55,871 nucleotides of DNA. Origin: Ancylonema sp. Lineage: Eukaryota. This document shows positions 24,291 to 37,845 of the stretch, piece by piece. Location: contig JBFLGF010000227.1 of assembly GCA_050230475.1 (NCBI GenBank), positions 1 to 55,871 on the forward strand. The letters run 5' to 3'. Within the stretch, counting starts at the first letter, position 1; the number at the start of each line of letters is the position of its first letter. A program made the translations under genes and the position numbers. Under the pieces are notes generated by a model that was given only the letters and a program-made list of their open reading frames with translations, was not told the origin of the DNA and ran no database searches.

Positions 24291-27218
24291 ATACTGGATT
24301 GAGTCTGATTGACCCTATCCGTATAGGTGTATTGGCACAACATAAAATATTGGTGTGGTACGGTATGCGTACCTTACGGTAGGGGTCTTAGCTAATGGCG
24401 ACCCGTAAGATATTATGTTGGTTTTGGGTGGGTCTAGGTCACGACATGTCAATCCACGTTTGCTCGGGTCAAGTCAATGGATCATTCCCCGATTACCGGT
24501 ATCATTTTTCGGGTCCACGATAAAGTCATTTTTATATTAACCCGGATTATTACCACTACGGTAATGTCACTTGCGTGCCTTGTGCTTTTGTACTTCTACG
24601 GCTTTGTCCATGCGCTGACGGGACATTAGAGAAAAAGTAAACGGGAAAAATCTTCCTTAATGAGCAGAGTCTTCCTTCATTTCGCGTTGTGTGCCGCAAT
24701 GATGTACTTGAACCACTTGCAAAGTTGCACGGTTATGGAAACTTTGGACCAGGTACTACACGAATCTCGCTTCCTCTAAACATCATACATGGGGTTCGGA
24801 CGTGGTCGTAGTCCTTCGAGAGTTTACGGGATTTACTACAATTATGCGACCAAACACCTCTAAGGAGGTGTGCCCTCGACCGAGTTACGACTCGGATACG
24901 TGACGGACATATTACAAGGGAGTTGCACTTTCTACCCGTCTATCGACCAATTGACAGGGGGCTGTTTGTCTAGTTGCCCCCCCAAATATCATTTACGTGC
25001 ATTGTGTCCATCATATGGACATGAAGGAAACTTGTCGTGATGTTGACGACTTCCTTATTTGGTTGTTTTTCCATCATAAACAGAGATTGCAAGTGATTAT
25101 ATCAAATGAATGTGATCAATAATACATTCCCATTTTCCAATCTTGTCATACCACATGCAATTATTACATTTCACTCATGCCCTTTTGACCCTTGATTTTG
25201 AGTACCCAAACACTTAAATACAAGTGCTTCTACTTTTACGCTCCTACTGCTTCTATGCCTATGATCTTAGTAAGCTTCCGGCATTTTGTTTTCTCAATAT
25301 CAACATACAGGAAGACCACGCCGTGTAAGTACGGTAACTATATATATCAAATATTTGCAATTGTACGCTATAAGTGACTGGCAGTCGCAATTTTCTATCC
25401 ATACTAGAACACAATATCCCCGCAAAATATTGTAAAAGATAAAACGTATTTTTCCGCGGAAACGTGGAAAACCCTAAAAATCACCCGGTTCGCCAAGTTC
25501 CGAACCAATTCCATCGTGGAATAGGTTCCATAAAAAAGGGGGGTGGGCGGTTCGTCCAACTATGCATCCACTGCACCAATATGTGTATTGTGGAAAGAGC
25601 ATATGTGGCGTAATGATGTATACCTGTGAAATTTAATCGAACATTCATATAAATAACCGCTTGTGTCACATGTTGCGTTATCGCGATGACCCCTATGATT
25701 ATGTATCCACAATTTGGTTTGACAGCACACGAGTTCGGCACCAAGGAATAATATTCATTGTACGATAATATACCAAAGGATATGATTGCATTATGGAAGT
25801 GCGTGCACAAATGAATATTTGTCCGATCGGCGATGCATTTGGGATTTGAGATGAGTTGCAGTAGGCTCCCAAGGCATAATGGCGACATGTGATCCATATA
25901 GACAACAGAGCCCACCAGAGTAAACGAGAAGTGATATGAAAATGGATGAAAAGGTTGCTCTCGCCTCAAAATTGTGTGTTGGTGTATTTGGTCTTTTACG
26001 CCAACGTGAACGGGACCTCCCTATTTTACAACCGATCCGGAAATTCCGGTATCATCGCCTCCCATTTTTCTTTCCTCATAACCATGCGCTTTCGAAGTGG
26101 CTCAAACCTTTTCTTGCCAATATTGAGAATCACAACCTTGCAGTGTAGCTACTTAGCCAAACCATGTTGGGCGTGCTTTGTAGAGGTTGCATGTCGATGC
26201 AACCTTCCTCGTGTGTCGTCCTGCTTCACATAATTCTCTCCGTCCGCGTCCGGGACATGTCTGGGCCTGGACATGTCCCGGACGCGTCCCGAAAATGAAC
26301 GCCCGTGCCAAAAAAACAATTATCCGTTTTTTTCTATCAAGTGAAATAGGGGGGGGGAGGTGGGGCGGAGGGGAGATAAACCCCCCCCCCCCCCCCTCCT
26401 TTGGCTAGATGCAAAGTTTCCATCCTATCACCTCGGGCAGGATCCACTAGGCGTTTTTACACCCTAAATTGAGACCCTAAACCCCTCCTATGCTTTTCGA
26501 TTTTGTGCGCTTCCAACCCTCGAACAAGAGGTCGCTTTGGCTTGGGGAAAAATCCCTCCTTATTTTGCTCAATCGATGCAACCTCGGTTGGTGACTCAAT
26601 GCTCTTCGGCCTCCACTGTATGAGTGGAGTGTGGAAGTATAGCAGCGGTACTGCGAGGGACACGTGTGCTTAGTAGAGATGCACGCCATGGTAGTTGACC
26701 AAGGTGCAAATTTATTGTGAAACAACATTTTTAAGTATAATAAGGACAGATTGAGTTCAAACTTTTAGCTGTCATCAAACAACCAAGCATTGTTTGACTC
26801 ATGAAATTTTGTGTGTGTTGATCCCTAGTACCCTCCTCCCCTACCCATCATTGTCCGTACATCCTTTCCCGTCGCCTGTGAGGACATACCGATTGTGAGA
26901 TGGTGAGGGAGGCAGCTGGCTGACTGGATAGATTTGATATTGCTCAAGCATTGCTCGGCTGCCAATGTTTGTTTGGGGTGTCGCCAGCCACTTGACACCC
27001 CGCGCCGTCAACAGAAGCACATGACAACAATATGATGGTGACACCATACGGACCACAAACCGTGACCGCCTTGGAAGGCCTGCATGGATACATGAGATGA
27101 AAGTACACCTGAATCTTTACAAGCCCTTGGAGAACAATCCACCTATCGGTAATGCAGTGTTCCGAATGCTTTACTCCAGGTATACATCCTTCTGCCACAG
27201 GCCCATACCCCCCCCTCC

Positions 27219-30200
27219 CTACACTTGACCTTCCCCCCCCCCATTGCCCCACACCCAGCCCTTGAATTCCTTCCCCTCCCCCTCCTTTGGGAATAGCGCA
27301 GTTGGCGGTTTCGCATAAAACGCCAGCGGCACCTGCTTCAACCGCCGGCCCACCTACACAAGCAGACACGTCAGAGCGCCAGGTGTCAGCACGCGATTGG
27401 AGACAGCACCCCCCCCCTCCCCCAACCCCTCCCCCCCCCACCTCCTCCTGTATGAGCGTCCCATAGCTCCCCCGACTGAACTCCCCGATGTCCACCTCAG
27501 CACTTTTCATGACGTCCGTCAGATCCGTCTCCAGTGCCGCCACGAATCTGCATGCCTCCTCACAGAGGGTAGGAAAGGTGCGCCCCTCTCCCTCTGCCAT
27601 CTCTACCTTCTGCCTTTATGCCTTTATGCCTTTATGCCTTCATGCCTTCATGCCTTTATGCCTTTATTTGATGGTTGGGTGTACCTTGAGACAGAGGGGC
27701 AGTAATGGCTCCTCAACGTTTCCATCTCCCACAGCGAACTTTCTGCCATTGCACCACAGACCGACCCACAGATGAGAGATGGAAAAAACTCACCTCCCAA
27801 ACATCATCCGAAAGGGGTTCAGAAACCACCCACCCATCGCGTGACACCTGGAAATATCTGGCTCCCCCTCGCAGTATGGATCCACTCCCGCCTACTGCCC
27901 CTCCGCCGCCCCCGCCCCCTCCCCCTCCCCCTCCACCCCCCCTCCCCCCGCCCCCGCCCCCGCCCCCGCCCTGTGCACCAACCCGTTGATGGCCGCGTGT
28001 CTCCTCAACAGGTTGAGCACGAGCCCGATGCTCGCCACCGCGCCCGCGGGCGGGGCGCGCAGCGCGCAGCGCGCCACCTTCTTGGCGAAGGCGGCGGCCT
28101 GAGTGGCCGTCAGGGCGCGCGAGTTGAGCGCCTGGTCCAGGAGGTCCACGAAGCGCGCGCGCGCGCGCGCCCGGAAGAGCGCGGGCGCAATCTTTCCGTA
28201 CAGGCTGTCGTAGAGGCGCGGGTAGTGGAGGCCGTGGGAGGCCACGAGGGAGAAGAGCCCGCTGAGGGCGAGGAGGGCGGTGGGGCCGCCTGCTGAGAAG
28301 GAGGAGCTGAAGAGGTCGGTGAGGAGGAGGGGGTTGGGCATGAAGGGGAGGAGGGAGGAGTGGAGGCAGGAGAGGATTTGTTTGTAGAGGGGGGGGGGGG
28401 AGGGGGGAGCGGAGGAGGGCCAGCCAGCAGGAGGACAGGGATTTGCGCTCACGGGGGGGGGAGAAGGGAGACGGGGGCTGGGAATGGGAGAAAGAGGGAG
28501 GAGTAAGGATGGGGGGGGGATGGGGGTGGGGGGGTGGGGGGGTGGGGGTGTGGGTTTGAACTTGAGGTAGTTGGTACCTGGGCAGAAGCTCTCTTCTGTT
28601 TCTGTCCCACTTTCCTTTCCTTCCCTTTCTCCCCCTGTGTGCCCCCTGGATCCACACTAACCGCAGTGCACCACAGCCGTACCCCCCCCTTCCCCTCCCC
28701 CCCCCCCTCCTCCTCCTTCACCAACTCGGCCAACCGCTTCACTTTCTTGGCGCCCACCCCCTCAACCGCCCCCTCCCCCTTTTCCTCCTCCTTGTCGGGG
28801 GGGGGGATGCGTCTGAGAAGGAGGAACACATTCCTGGCAACCTCATCCTGGGGGTGGGGGTGGGGGTGGGAGGGGGGGGGGGGGGGGGGGGGGGGGCTGA
28901 GAAGGAGGAGCTGAAGAGGTCGGTGAGGAGGAGGGGGTTGGGCATGAAGGGGAGGAGGTGGCGCTTTGTTTCTCGAGGACCTTCTGGAGGTTGGCGTACA
29001 GGTGGCACCTGCACGGGAGGGACACCTGTGAGCAGGTCGCGACGTGCAAACACGGTGGCTGACGTCAGCGGAGCCCTACCTGACGTCAGCATAGTGGAAA
29101 TACGTCTCCTCCAGTTTGGCCACCACGGTCTCGGGGATCGCTCGGGCCTCCACCTAGGAGGAGACAGGGGGCAAGGGGGCAAGGAGTCCCAATTAAATTG
29201 CCGGTTACATATTCATGTCTATTATTGTCCAGGGGATCTGTGTGGTTGCATGTATGGTCGTTCGTGGGGCGTGCTTGGTCTCAGAGTGAGCCAGAAGGGA
29301 ATGGGGGTGGGGTGGGGTGGAAATGGGTCGGGGAAATTTCATGCGTGGAAAGGGGGGAATGCGGAAGACTCGTTCAGTGTATCAGATCTCACTACTCCAA
29401 GTGCATCCAAGAAAAAATATCATGAAATTGGGAGACAAATAACAAATTTCAAAATTCGGAGATTCGGGGTCTCAAATGTCAGACCCTACATCCATTTCCC
29501 TCCTCTATTTGTGCATGGTAGGTGATGTTTGGTTCTACCAGTGATGCACAGAGGTCGCGGAAGACATCATTACTGAAGCGCCCCGCTTGCTCCCACCGCA
29601 CAGAATCCATGATGGCATCCACAACCGATCTCTGCATGCCACGTCTCTCTCAGTTAGTATCTTTCAGCTCTGTCCGTGTAGCACTCAAGGCAACCCCCGA
29701 CCCGTACCCCCAACCCCCGACCCCCGAACCCCGAACCCCGAACCCCCGACCCTCGACTTTCTACTGGAGAACAGCAAGAATATGGTGAGTCATTCGTCCA
29801 GGGTAATCCGTAAGAAGAAAACAACAGGACTCTCCCGTTAAGTCTGGCATAAAGAAAAACTCATGCCGCCCATTTTGCCGCCACGTCACTGCATGGGTCG
29901 GTTCCCCGTTTCCATTCGCCTATCCCTGCCCCGAGGCTCACCTGCAATGACGGACTGCCATCTGGCGCTTGTAAGATGCTCAGTGACGCTCTTAAGTAGT
30001 CCCGGTACACCGCTCTCAGCCAGGACTTGTACACCGCCTCTGGATCTTTCTTCGCCTGCACTCCGCTGGTGGAGGCAGCTGCCGCCCAGGAGGAAAGAAC
30101 AGGGGGAGGGATGTGGAGGGGTTACAGTCAGAGTACGGACGTGAATAATGAAGGAGCGATACGGGAGAACAGGAGAAAGCGAATTGGACTACGTTTTTCA

Positions 30201-30424
30201 CCTCGCGAGTTCTGGGCGGGCAGTTCCCTGCTTTTCATCAGTGTTACAAAGAAGGCTTGAAGAGCGCACAGAGCCTCCCTCTGCGGCCCCTCCTTGTTAG
30301 AATCGCGCAGAATGCCGACGAGGGTCGCCGCGTGGTTCACATTCGCTCGCGACTGGAGAAGCTCAGCTCCGAGGCGCGCAGTTGTGGCGGTGGAGGGAGC
30401 CGGCGAGGTGGTGGGGCCCGCCAT
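27219..30424 (-). CDS. NOC4: Nucleolar complex protein 4 (CBF/Mak21 domain), multi-exon; homopolymer frameshifts in this sequence
   Basis: MAGPTT..LGAELLQSRANVN, VYKSWLR, YFHYADVR, LYKQIL..LLPFMPNPLLLTDLF..ALSGLFSLV..GLHYPRLY..FAKKVAR..NLLRRH, DPY, SSLWEMETLRSHYCPSV, RRLKQVPLAFY; stop TAG at 27219-27221. Internal exon boundaries in the G/C-run region are uncertain. Confidence 0.9.
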
Positions 30425-30804
30425 GCTGAATTGAATCTCCTACCTTGACACGTGGAGATTTATCCACAGCTGACGAACAACCACAGCTGAGTTTGCGTCT
30501 CCCTGCTATAGACCAGAGCTGGCGACCAGCTTGCTAGGTAGGCCCCCGAAGTTGGACCTGTAGAGGAAAGTCCGGCTGGGAAAAAGCCTCCACCAAATTG
30601 CCGCTAAGCAAAGTGGCAGCAATAGTCCAGCTGCCCCTTGCGCCTCCAATTCAAATTCGTCTTGTTTTCGCACAATTTCGCGCTCAACCCTGAATCTTCG
30701 CACTGTTTCCTGGAGGTAGTACCCGCCTGTGTCCATAAGAGCTGATAAACAGCCGTAGGAATACAACAGATGCGATAGCCAGAACCTCCTTGTGCTCGAG
30801 AAGC
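30425..30804. promoter_or_regulatory. Probable bidirectional promoter between NOC4 and DapB
   Basis: Only 380 bp separate the divergent ATGs; a CACGTG G-box lies at ~30450. Inferred from position. Confidence 0.55.
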
Positions 30805-33311
30805 ATGCTTACCCCGGCCCGTTTTTCGGGGACATGGCATGGTAACTTGCCCGTGGCCAATAGGAAAGTTGGAGAGGGGCTGGACCTCGAGACGACCCGT
30901 CCCACATGTCCTGCCTCAGTCAGACGTGCAGGTAGAAACCATGAGGCTGACTGCTGGAGCGCAAATCACAATCAAAGCTTCCGAGGTGTCGGCAGAAAGT
31001 CAAGAAATATATGCCACGTGCGATGCTGTGCTGCTCTGAAGATGGAAGTCGAGAAAGCACCACATGATGCGGGACTCCTTCAAGTAGCTATTATGGTACA
31101 GCTCGCATCCTCGACTCTCTGATGTCTGCTGATGTCATTCCCAGCAAGCACCTCTATCCCTCTTTCTGATTTCGCCAGGTGAACGGAGCCACCGGAAAGA
31201 TGGGTATGGCCGTGGCCGAGGCCGCCGTCGCTGCTGGCCTCCCATTGGTCCCGTTGGCGCTCGCCGGGCCAGGTGTCGCGCTGCAGACCATCCAGGTGTG
31301 CGGCAACGAGATCCAGATCCACGGTGCACAGGACCGCGACGCAGTTCTAGCCCAAGCTCTCGCCCTGCACCCGAACCTTGTTCTCGTCGACTACACGTTG
31401 CCAGCGAGCGTGAACGACAATGCGGAATGGTATTGCGCCCGGGGCGTCCCGTTCGTCATGGGTACTACCGGCGGCGACAGGGCGGCCCTCATGGATTCTG
31501 TGACGAGGGCGGGGAATTATGCCGTCATTGCTCCGCAGATGGGAAAGCAGGTCGGATTCAAGCCAGGGCACGTGTCCCTCTCACCACCTTGAACTGAACC
31601 AGAACCTGAACCAGAACCTGAACCAGAACCTGAACCAGAACCTGAACCAGAACCTGAACCTGAACCAGAACCTGAACCTGAACCTGAACCAGTGGGTGCC
31701 TCTGATAGGTGGTAGCTTTCATCGCGGGAATCGAGGCTATGGCCGATGCCTGCCCGGGCGCCTTTGCAGGATACAAGTTAACGGTACCTGTCTGCATCCT
31801 GAACCCCAACCCTGTGAAATTGGCCAGCTGTCTTGCATGGGGACCTTGGCTTTGTACTATTATTGGCTGGCCTGCGGCAGAATCTCATCTGATGACCTGG
31901 CTCTCTCAGGTGTTGCCAGGTGGCAGAGTCTCACCAGTCCAGCAAGGTGGACACGTCAGGCACTGCAAAGGAAGTGGTGGCCGCCTTCCAACGCTTGGGG
32001 CTAGACTTCCAGGTTGATCAGGTGATTTCAACAGAGGATTTGCATCGGCCCCTCACCCCCCAACGTAGTCCAAATGCCACTTACTCGCTCCCAACGTACC
32101 CCTCATAATGAAACCCCTTATAATGAAACCCCTTAAAATGAAACCCCGTATAATGAAACCCGACCAATCGCACTACAGGTTGCTGAAGAAGAACCTGAAC
32201 TGGGCTCAGCTCGTGAGGGAAGGGCCCCAACTGCACTCCCGAAAGTTTTTACAGTTTCTACCCCTTCTTGGGGGGGGTGCTGGTTCTAATGCTTCCTTGG
32301 GGGGGGGTGATGGCAGATCGAGAAGGTGCGCGAGCCGCGCGCCCAAATGGATCGCATGCGTGTGCCAGAGGACCACCTGGGAGGGCACGCATTTCACACA
32401 TATAGGCTCATAGCGCCTGATGACACGTAAGGGTTATATAAATCTGGGGGGAGGAGGGGGAGGGGAGGAGGAATGACTTCGTTGTATCTGGTTCGTGATT
32501 TGAGCAACATCGTTATGTTGCTCGGTGTTGTGTGTTTTTTATCTACCGAGTGGTGGGTATTGATTCTCTGTTTCAACTGTTTTTGGTCCAGGGTTTCGTT
32601 CGAGTTCCAGCACAATGTGTGCGGGCGGAGCATTTACGCGCAAGGAACGGTAGATGCGTGCATATTCCTAGCGCAAAAGGTAAATCGCACTCACCAGTCA
32701 CCAAAAAATGTGGCCGCTATTACGGCCTCAATGCATTCGGTGCGAAAAATCTTGGCTCCTGAGTGTCCACGACATGGCAAAAGAAAACACAGATGATGGA
32801 CTGGAAGTCCTCCACATCCTTTAGCTCTTCTCCCCCTGTCTATCTCGTGCGCATCTTGATATCGGTGATATTATAGTCCTGTGATTTTATAATCCTATAA
32901 TCCTATAATCTTGTAATCTTATAATCTTGTCATTTTATAATCTTATTATCTTATAAACTTATAATCTTGTTATCTTATCATCGTATTATCTTACAATCTT
33001 CTAATCTTGCAATGTTTCAATCATAGAATCTTTTTGTTTCAACCACGTCAAACACATCCCACTCAATGTATTGGGATGGAAAGACCCCAAAACATCCGCA
33101 TTACACACTAGGGGATGAGATTTCCAAATTGGAATTGGGGTTGAGGTTGAGATTGACGCATATGGACTGACTCTGGTTGTGAGAAAACAAAATCCCTCGA
33201 TGGTAAGGCATGTAGTGACGTTGCATTGATGACGTGTCGCAGGTGGCTGAGAAGTCGGAGAAGAAGTTGTTCAACATGGTGGATGTGCTCAGGGGAGGGG
33301 CGATGCGGTGA
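30805..33311 (+). CDS. DAPB: 4-hydroxy-tetrahydrodipicolinate reductase (DapB), probably plastid-targeted, 7 exons
   Basis: Exons 30805-31095, 31179-31550, 31709-31783, 31920-32021, 32317-32426, 32592-32679, 33243-33311. Motifs IMVNGATGKMG, LVDYT, PFVMGTTGG, ESHQSSKVDTSGTAK, GHAFHTY, FQHNVCGRSIYA, NMVDVLR; long N-terminal extension. Confidence 0.95.
31590..31692 (+). repeat. (AACCAG/AACCTG)n minisatellite in DapB intron 2
   Basis: Tandem aaccagaacctg units visible directly. Confidence 0.95.
32880..33015 (+). repeat. Degenerate (ATAATCTT)n repeat in DapB intron 6
   Basis: Repeated tataatct/tatcttat units. Confidence 0.85.
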
Positions 33312-33889
33312 CACTGATGTAAAATGAAGATGGAAGGAGGTGAATAGGCGTGCTGTTGCCGACATGCGCATCTGTTAAAGGAGTGACAATAGAGAATTGA
33401 CCTAGTGGTCACTTCCGCTAACGGTAACGGCCCCGCGTAACCCCGTGTAACCAGAACGGGAGGTGTGAATGACTCTCGCAAGAAAGCGACTTTGTAAATT
33501 GGTAGCATTATTGGAATCCCCCTAGGTAGGCAATGCGAGTGCGTACAAGCTTATAATTCGTCGTTACATTTTTGCAAGAACGTGTGTACAAAATCTACAT
33601 GTGAAGTTTGACTCATCGTACATCAAAGATGAAAGTGAGTTCCAATATTAGTTGATTACCAAATTGCGATTTTCAAATATCATTGCCCTCAGCGTCATAG
33701 CAAGTACAACACTGGTTTCAGAGACGTGCTTGAGACCCTTCATGTCGCAAAGCGTAATGTTGTGATTTATCGGAAAGGTGTACTTTGTGGCGTGTAACCA
33801 AGCGCAAGCGGTAGGTTAACCTTGGTGGATAGGGTGTTTAAGTAGGGGATAGGATGCTTGCGACAACTTTATTTTGTGAGGGCTAGAAT

Positions 33890-34163
33890 CACCGTTGGGC
33901 GCGCACAAATTAAATCGGGCACGGGTTAGGAGCATGTGCTCTCAACCATGCGCAAATGTGCGCGTCCAACTAGGAAAAACTTCTTTGAAAATCGCGTTTT
34001 CTACCGCTTACGACTATAAGTAGCGACTTTTGACTTACTTTTTTTAAATATATATTATTTTGCGAGGAGGTGCGCGATGCGCACATGTTCAGAACATGTG
34101 CGCGATGTGAACATGTTCGGAATACGTGCGCCAAACCCGCGCACATGTGCGTGTCCAACTATG
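33890..34163. mobile_element. hAT-type MITE
   Basis: TIRs caccgttgggcgcgcaca / tgtgcgtgtccaactatg; 8-bp TSD gctagaat / gctagtat (7/8 match). Confidence 0.8.
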
Positions 34164-35096
34164 GCTAGTATCATTTGTGGTTTTGGTCCCCCGATCCTCC
34201 CATTTGTTCCGACCCAGATCGGACTTGTATTGGACGAGGTTCAAAACAAATCATTGATACATACCTTCATTCTACTTCGGTATAAACTTTATATGAGGCA
34301 AAACTAAGGCGGTTTGAACATTAGTGGTACGATCGAGTGATTTACTCAATTGATGTAGGTTGTAAAAACCCGGCTACAATGTCACTGTGTCCAAATCCTC
34401 AAATTTGAACAGCAATGCTTTTGTGGTACCCGTTGAATGATTGGGCTTCCATCCGGATCCGCACCGAAAGTCAAATCCTCCACTCGGATTGGGACTTACT
34501 ACGAGGTACGGCCAATGTTTTGCGGAACCGGCACTTGAAATTTGATAATCGGGGCTCGGCACTTGGAGCCTCCATACCGCGTGGACAAAACGGTGACATT
34601 GACACCCCCCCGGTGAAATTAGCTTGTGTGAGCAAAGATGGTCATCTAAACACCAATGTTGGGGTAGTGCAATTGTGGTGCATTCTCCAATCACCAAACA
34701 TATGCCTCTCCACAAATAGAAAATAAATTACAAATTTCAATCTTCAAAGTTTATGCAAAAACTTAACAAAATCGTTAACGATGGGAACGTACGTGAATAA
34801 AGCAAATTGAGCGAGTATTTGACCTTGCTCAAATTACCTAACATACACTTCTTTACAAGTAGAGCATGCTTTTTTCCCCCTTTCTTCAATAAAACGATTC
34901 CTAGCCGGTATAAAAACTTGGGAAATAAAAGGAGGAACGGTTTGGAACTAGTTCAAGGTTCATAAAGACCGTACAACTAAAGGTACAACAACCCAATATG
35001 AAATGGAAATATTGAATCCGCATTTTTGGACGCAATTTACCTCGACTAATTTACCTTGACATTTACCAGGCCAAAATACGCAAGAACGCTGCGTGG

Positions 35097-36081
35097 GAGT
35101 GGGGGTTAACCCTAACCTTGATAACCCTTAACCCTTAACCTCGAGGTTAATATCCTGATTTAATCCTGCTCCCGAAAACGGGGTTGAAACCCTAGGGTTA
35201 CGGGCTAACTCTGATTTAACCCGATAACCCTCACCGTTAATCAGGGTCAATCAGGATTAAGAAGGATTAATCAGGGTTGTTTTAGGGCTAATTTTGCCAC
35301 CACAGTCGCCTCCGCCGCCAGGACGAGTAAGAAACTTGTTCCATGATTGTATTGCGCCAATAAATAACCTCTCTAATTTTATAGAAAATCTTCCACCCGA
35401 TCTTCCACCAAATTCTGGCTGAATCCTTGAAATCTGACGTGTTGATTAATAACCTCTCCGAATCTTTTTTGTTCCGGTTCCGTCATATTAATTTGGACAG
35501 GTATTTTAGGGTTAATAACCCTTAGGGTTAATCACGGTTATTCAGGGTTATCAGGATTATTCAAGATATTCAGGGTCAATTAAGATTAATCAGGGTTATT
35601 CAGAGTTAAAAGCATAGATGGTTCTTTAAAGTGCGCGTCCCGCACGTCTTCCGCACGCGTGCGCTCGCGCACGCGCGCCACACGCGTGTGCAAATCTCGC
35701 GCACGGTGCTGACCCATAGGCGTTAAAATTATATTATTATTACCCGGGGGGGGGGGGGTACTTCCTACACCCCACGGGTGCCGGGATGTTTCCAAATTCA
35801 TGAAATGTATTTGGTGAACCGGTTACAACGTTGCAGTATTCAATGTAGGGCCTAAGACGTTATATCGAACTACTTGCAGTGCAAAATGGTCAATTTCAAG
35901 TACTTAATTAAATTTCGACGTCCGAAAGTCGATTACGAAAAATTGTCCCGGTGTGGCACGCGTGCGCAAATCTTGCGCACGGTGCTGACCCATCTATGGT
36001 TAAAAGGGTCCATCGGGGTTAAACAGGGTTATTTCAGAGTTACGATTTAACCATGAAAATAAGTAAGGGTTACCCCCACTC
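35097..36081. mobile_element. MITE-like element with AACCCT/AGGGTT subterminal repeats
   Basis: Inverted ends gagtgggggttaaccct / agggttacccccactc; internal ~40 bp duplication at 35680-35718/35957-35993; no TSD found. Confidence 0.6.
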
Positions 36082-37845
36082 TAGTGCCTCCGTGGGAAGT
36101 GGAGGGTAGCGAGAGTATAGGAGCACATAGGGTAGCTGGGAGGTGGGAGGGCGGTGCCATCGAGAGAGGGGCACTGCTGAGATAAGGGAAGTGTAGCACC
36201 ACCTGCGCGTGAGTATTTTGGGAAATGTAAACTCTCATCCTGTATGTGACCCCGGGTAATACGCGGTCCCTCACCCACCAAGTTCCAAAATAGGTCTGAC
36301 GACAAATTCGACTATTCGATGCAAGTGTAGGCGCGACTATTGCGAATGACCCATAAATTTAATTGGGTGCAATAATCACGAGAGGTGCAACCGCGGCTCA
36401 ATATACCACCTCCACACAAACGACACATACACGTTCTCATTTATGTTTCGCAAGCACTGCCAACATCCTTGAGTGCCAAGCGCTACGTAGTGTCTGGAAT
36501 GATACCACGTTACGAAGTTACTTTAAGAGCTATCGAAATCAAAGGACTCTACATCAAAGAATTGCACTTTCTCTTGTTGTGAACACAATTGATAGTGCCG
36601 GCCATCATCTTTGTTATGAAAGTGTATTGTGGAAATTCGTAAAGGTGACCCAATACCCTCTCCACATTTATTGATTTACCCTAGCCATGACAACTAACGT
36701 CCCGCGATACATATTCCCCACTACTGGTAATCATTTGACGCTACCCTCCATCCCTTTCCCCTGGCCCCAAATATTAAGTCAAGCCTCCCTCCCTCCCTCC
36801 CTGTGTCTCACTTTCATTTTGTTTCCCCACCCCCCTTTTTCCTCTCCCTTCCTCTCCCCCCCTGACTGTTTCTACCATGATCCATTTTTATTTGTTTTCA
36901 TAGATGCGCTCGTCACCCCCCCTTCACACCTTCACCGCCTCAAAGTCGACCCCATGTTGACCATGGTCAACCCCAGGTCAACCATGGTCAACCCCACGGG
37001 TCAAGGCCGTCTGGAACTGCCTTCACCATCGCTACCCAGCGCCAAGGTATCGTCATTCTAGTTGTCACGATGGTAGTAAACCCGGCGGTATAAAAAAATA
37101 CCACGTGGCAATCTCCTATTCGTCAACTAGGAAGATCCGAGGTCAAAAGTCATGACTCCGGGCATTTAGATGCGGGTTCAAGATTGCGGAGTCATTCAAG
37201 GGTGGGGGCGGAGGCGGGGGCATGGGCGGGGGGTAAGACTAAGGTGAGCAAAGAGGAAGAAGAGTTGACAAGAATTCTTGCGTCCGCTGTGAAAGAGGAG
37301 GAGATTGTGTAGGGACGAGTCTTGGGTTTGCGTTTCCGGTGGGAAGGAGAGCAAACTTGGGACTACATTTAGTTGTGGAGAGCGGAAGAGTGACGAGGGG
37401 TATAATTCAAGCGATTCATAGAAGTTAAAAATTCCATGTTCTTTGTCCGTACCACCACCACCACGTGTCGATTGGTAAATGTGGACATCCACATTGACGT
37501 AGCTAATCATCGGATTAGCTTGCGACAAATCAACGCTCTTTGTGTTGGCTTAATGTAGAAGGCGATAAGGATGCATTGTGTTGTTCCGTAATTTGTTTTA
37601 TGATTTCCATAATATGTTTTATCATCATTATTAAACTCCAACGCATGAAAACAAAGTCATCATCTTTACATGACATACATAACTTTTGTCGTTGTTCAAC
37701 AACGTTCAGGGATACACATTTATAAAAACATGGAATTACCCCAAAAACAAATGCATGACAATTGTCATCCACCACTAGCAAGCGAACAATCGAATGTACG
37801 TGAAACTATATGGGTCAGTATCTGCTGCTATCATATAGCAAGAGC

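Noticed and set aside
26245..26286. Perfect 17-bp stem hairpin as an ncRNA
   Set aside because: It follows a CATAATT hAT-like tip and is better explained as MITE subterminal sequence.
27892..27894. Stop-codon reassignment (TAG/TAA = Gln)
   Set aside because: NOC4 and the MOSC gene end on TAG, and the intact exons of the other genes contain no in-frame TAA or TAG.
27705..29525. Long Pro/Gly-rich ORFs in the six-frame track
   Set aside because: Shadow frames of GC-rich NOC4 exons and homopolymer runs.
31519..32004. ORF with an (LNQN)n repeat
   Set aside because: Translation of the DapB intron minisatellite.
34374..34726. Harbinger-like transposase remnant (EAQSFNGYHK)
   Set aside because: A single weak motif with no supporting DDE residues.
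35100..35610. Interstitial telomere
   Set aside because: Motifs are non-tandem, occur in both orientations and are bounded by inverted ends.
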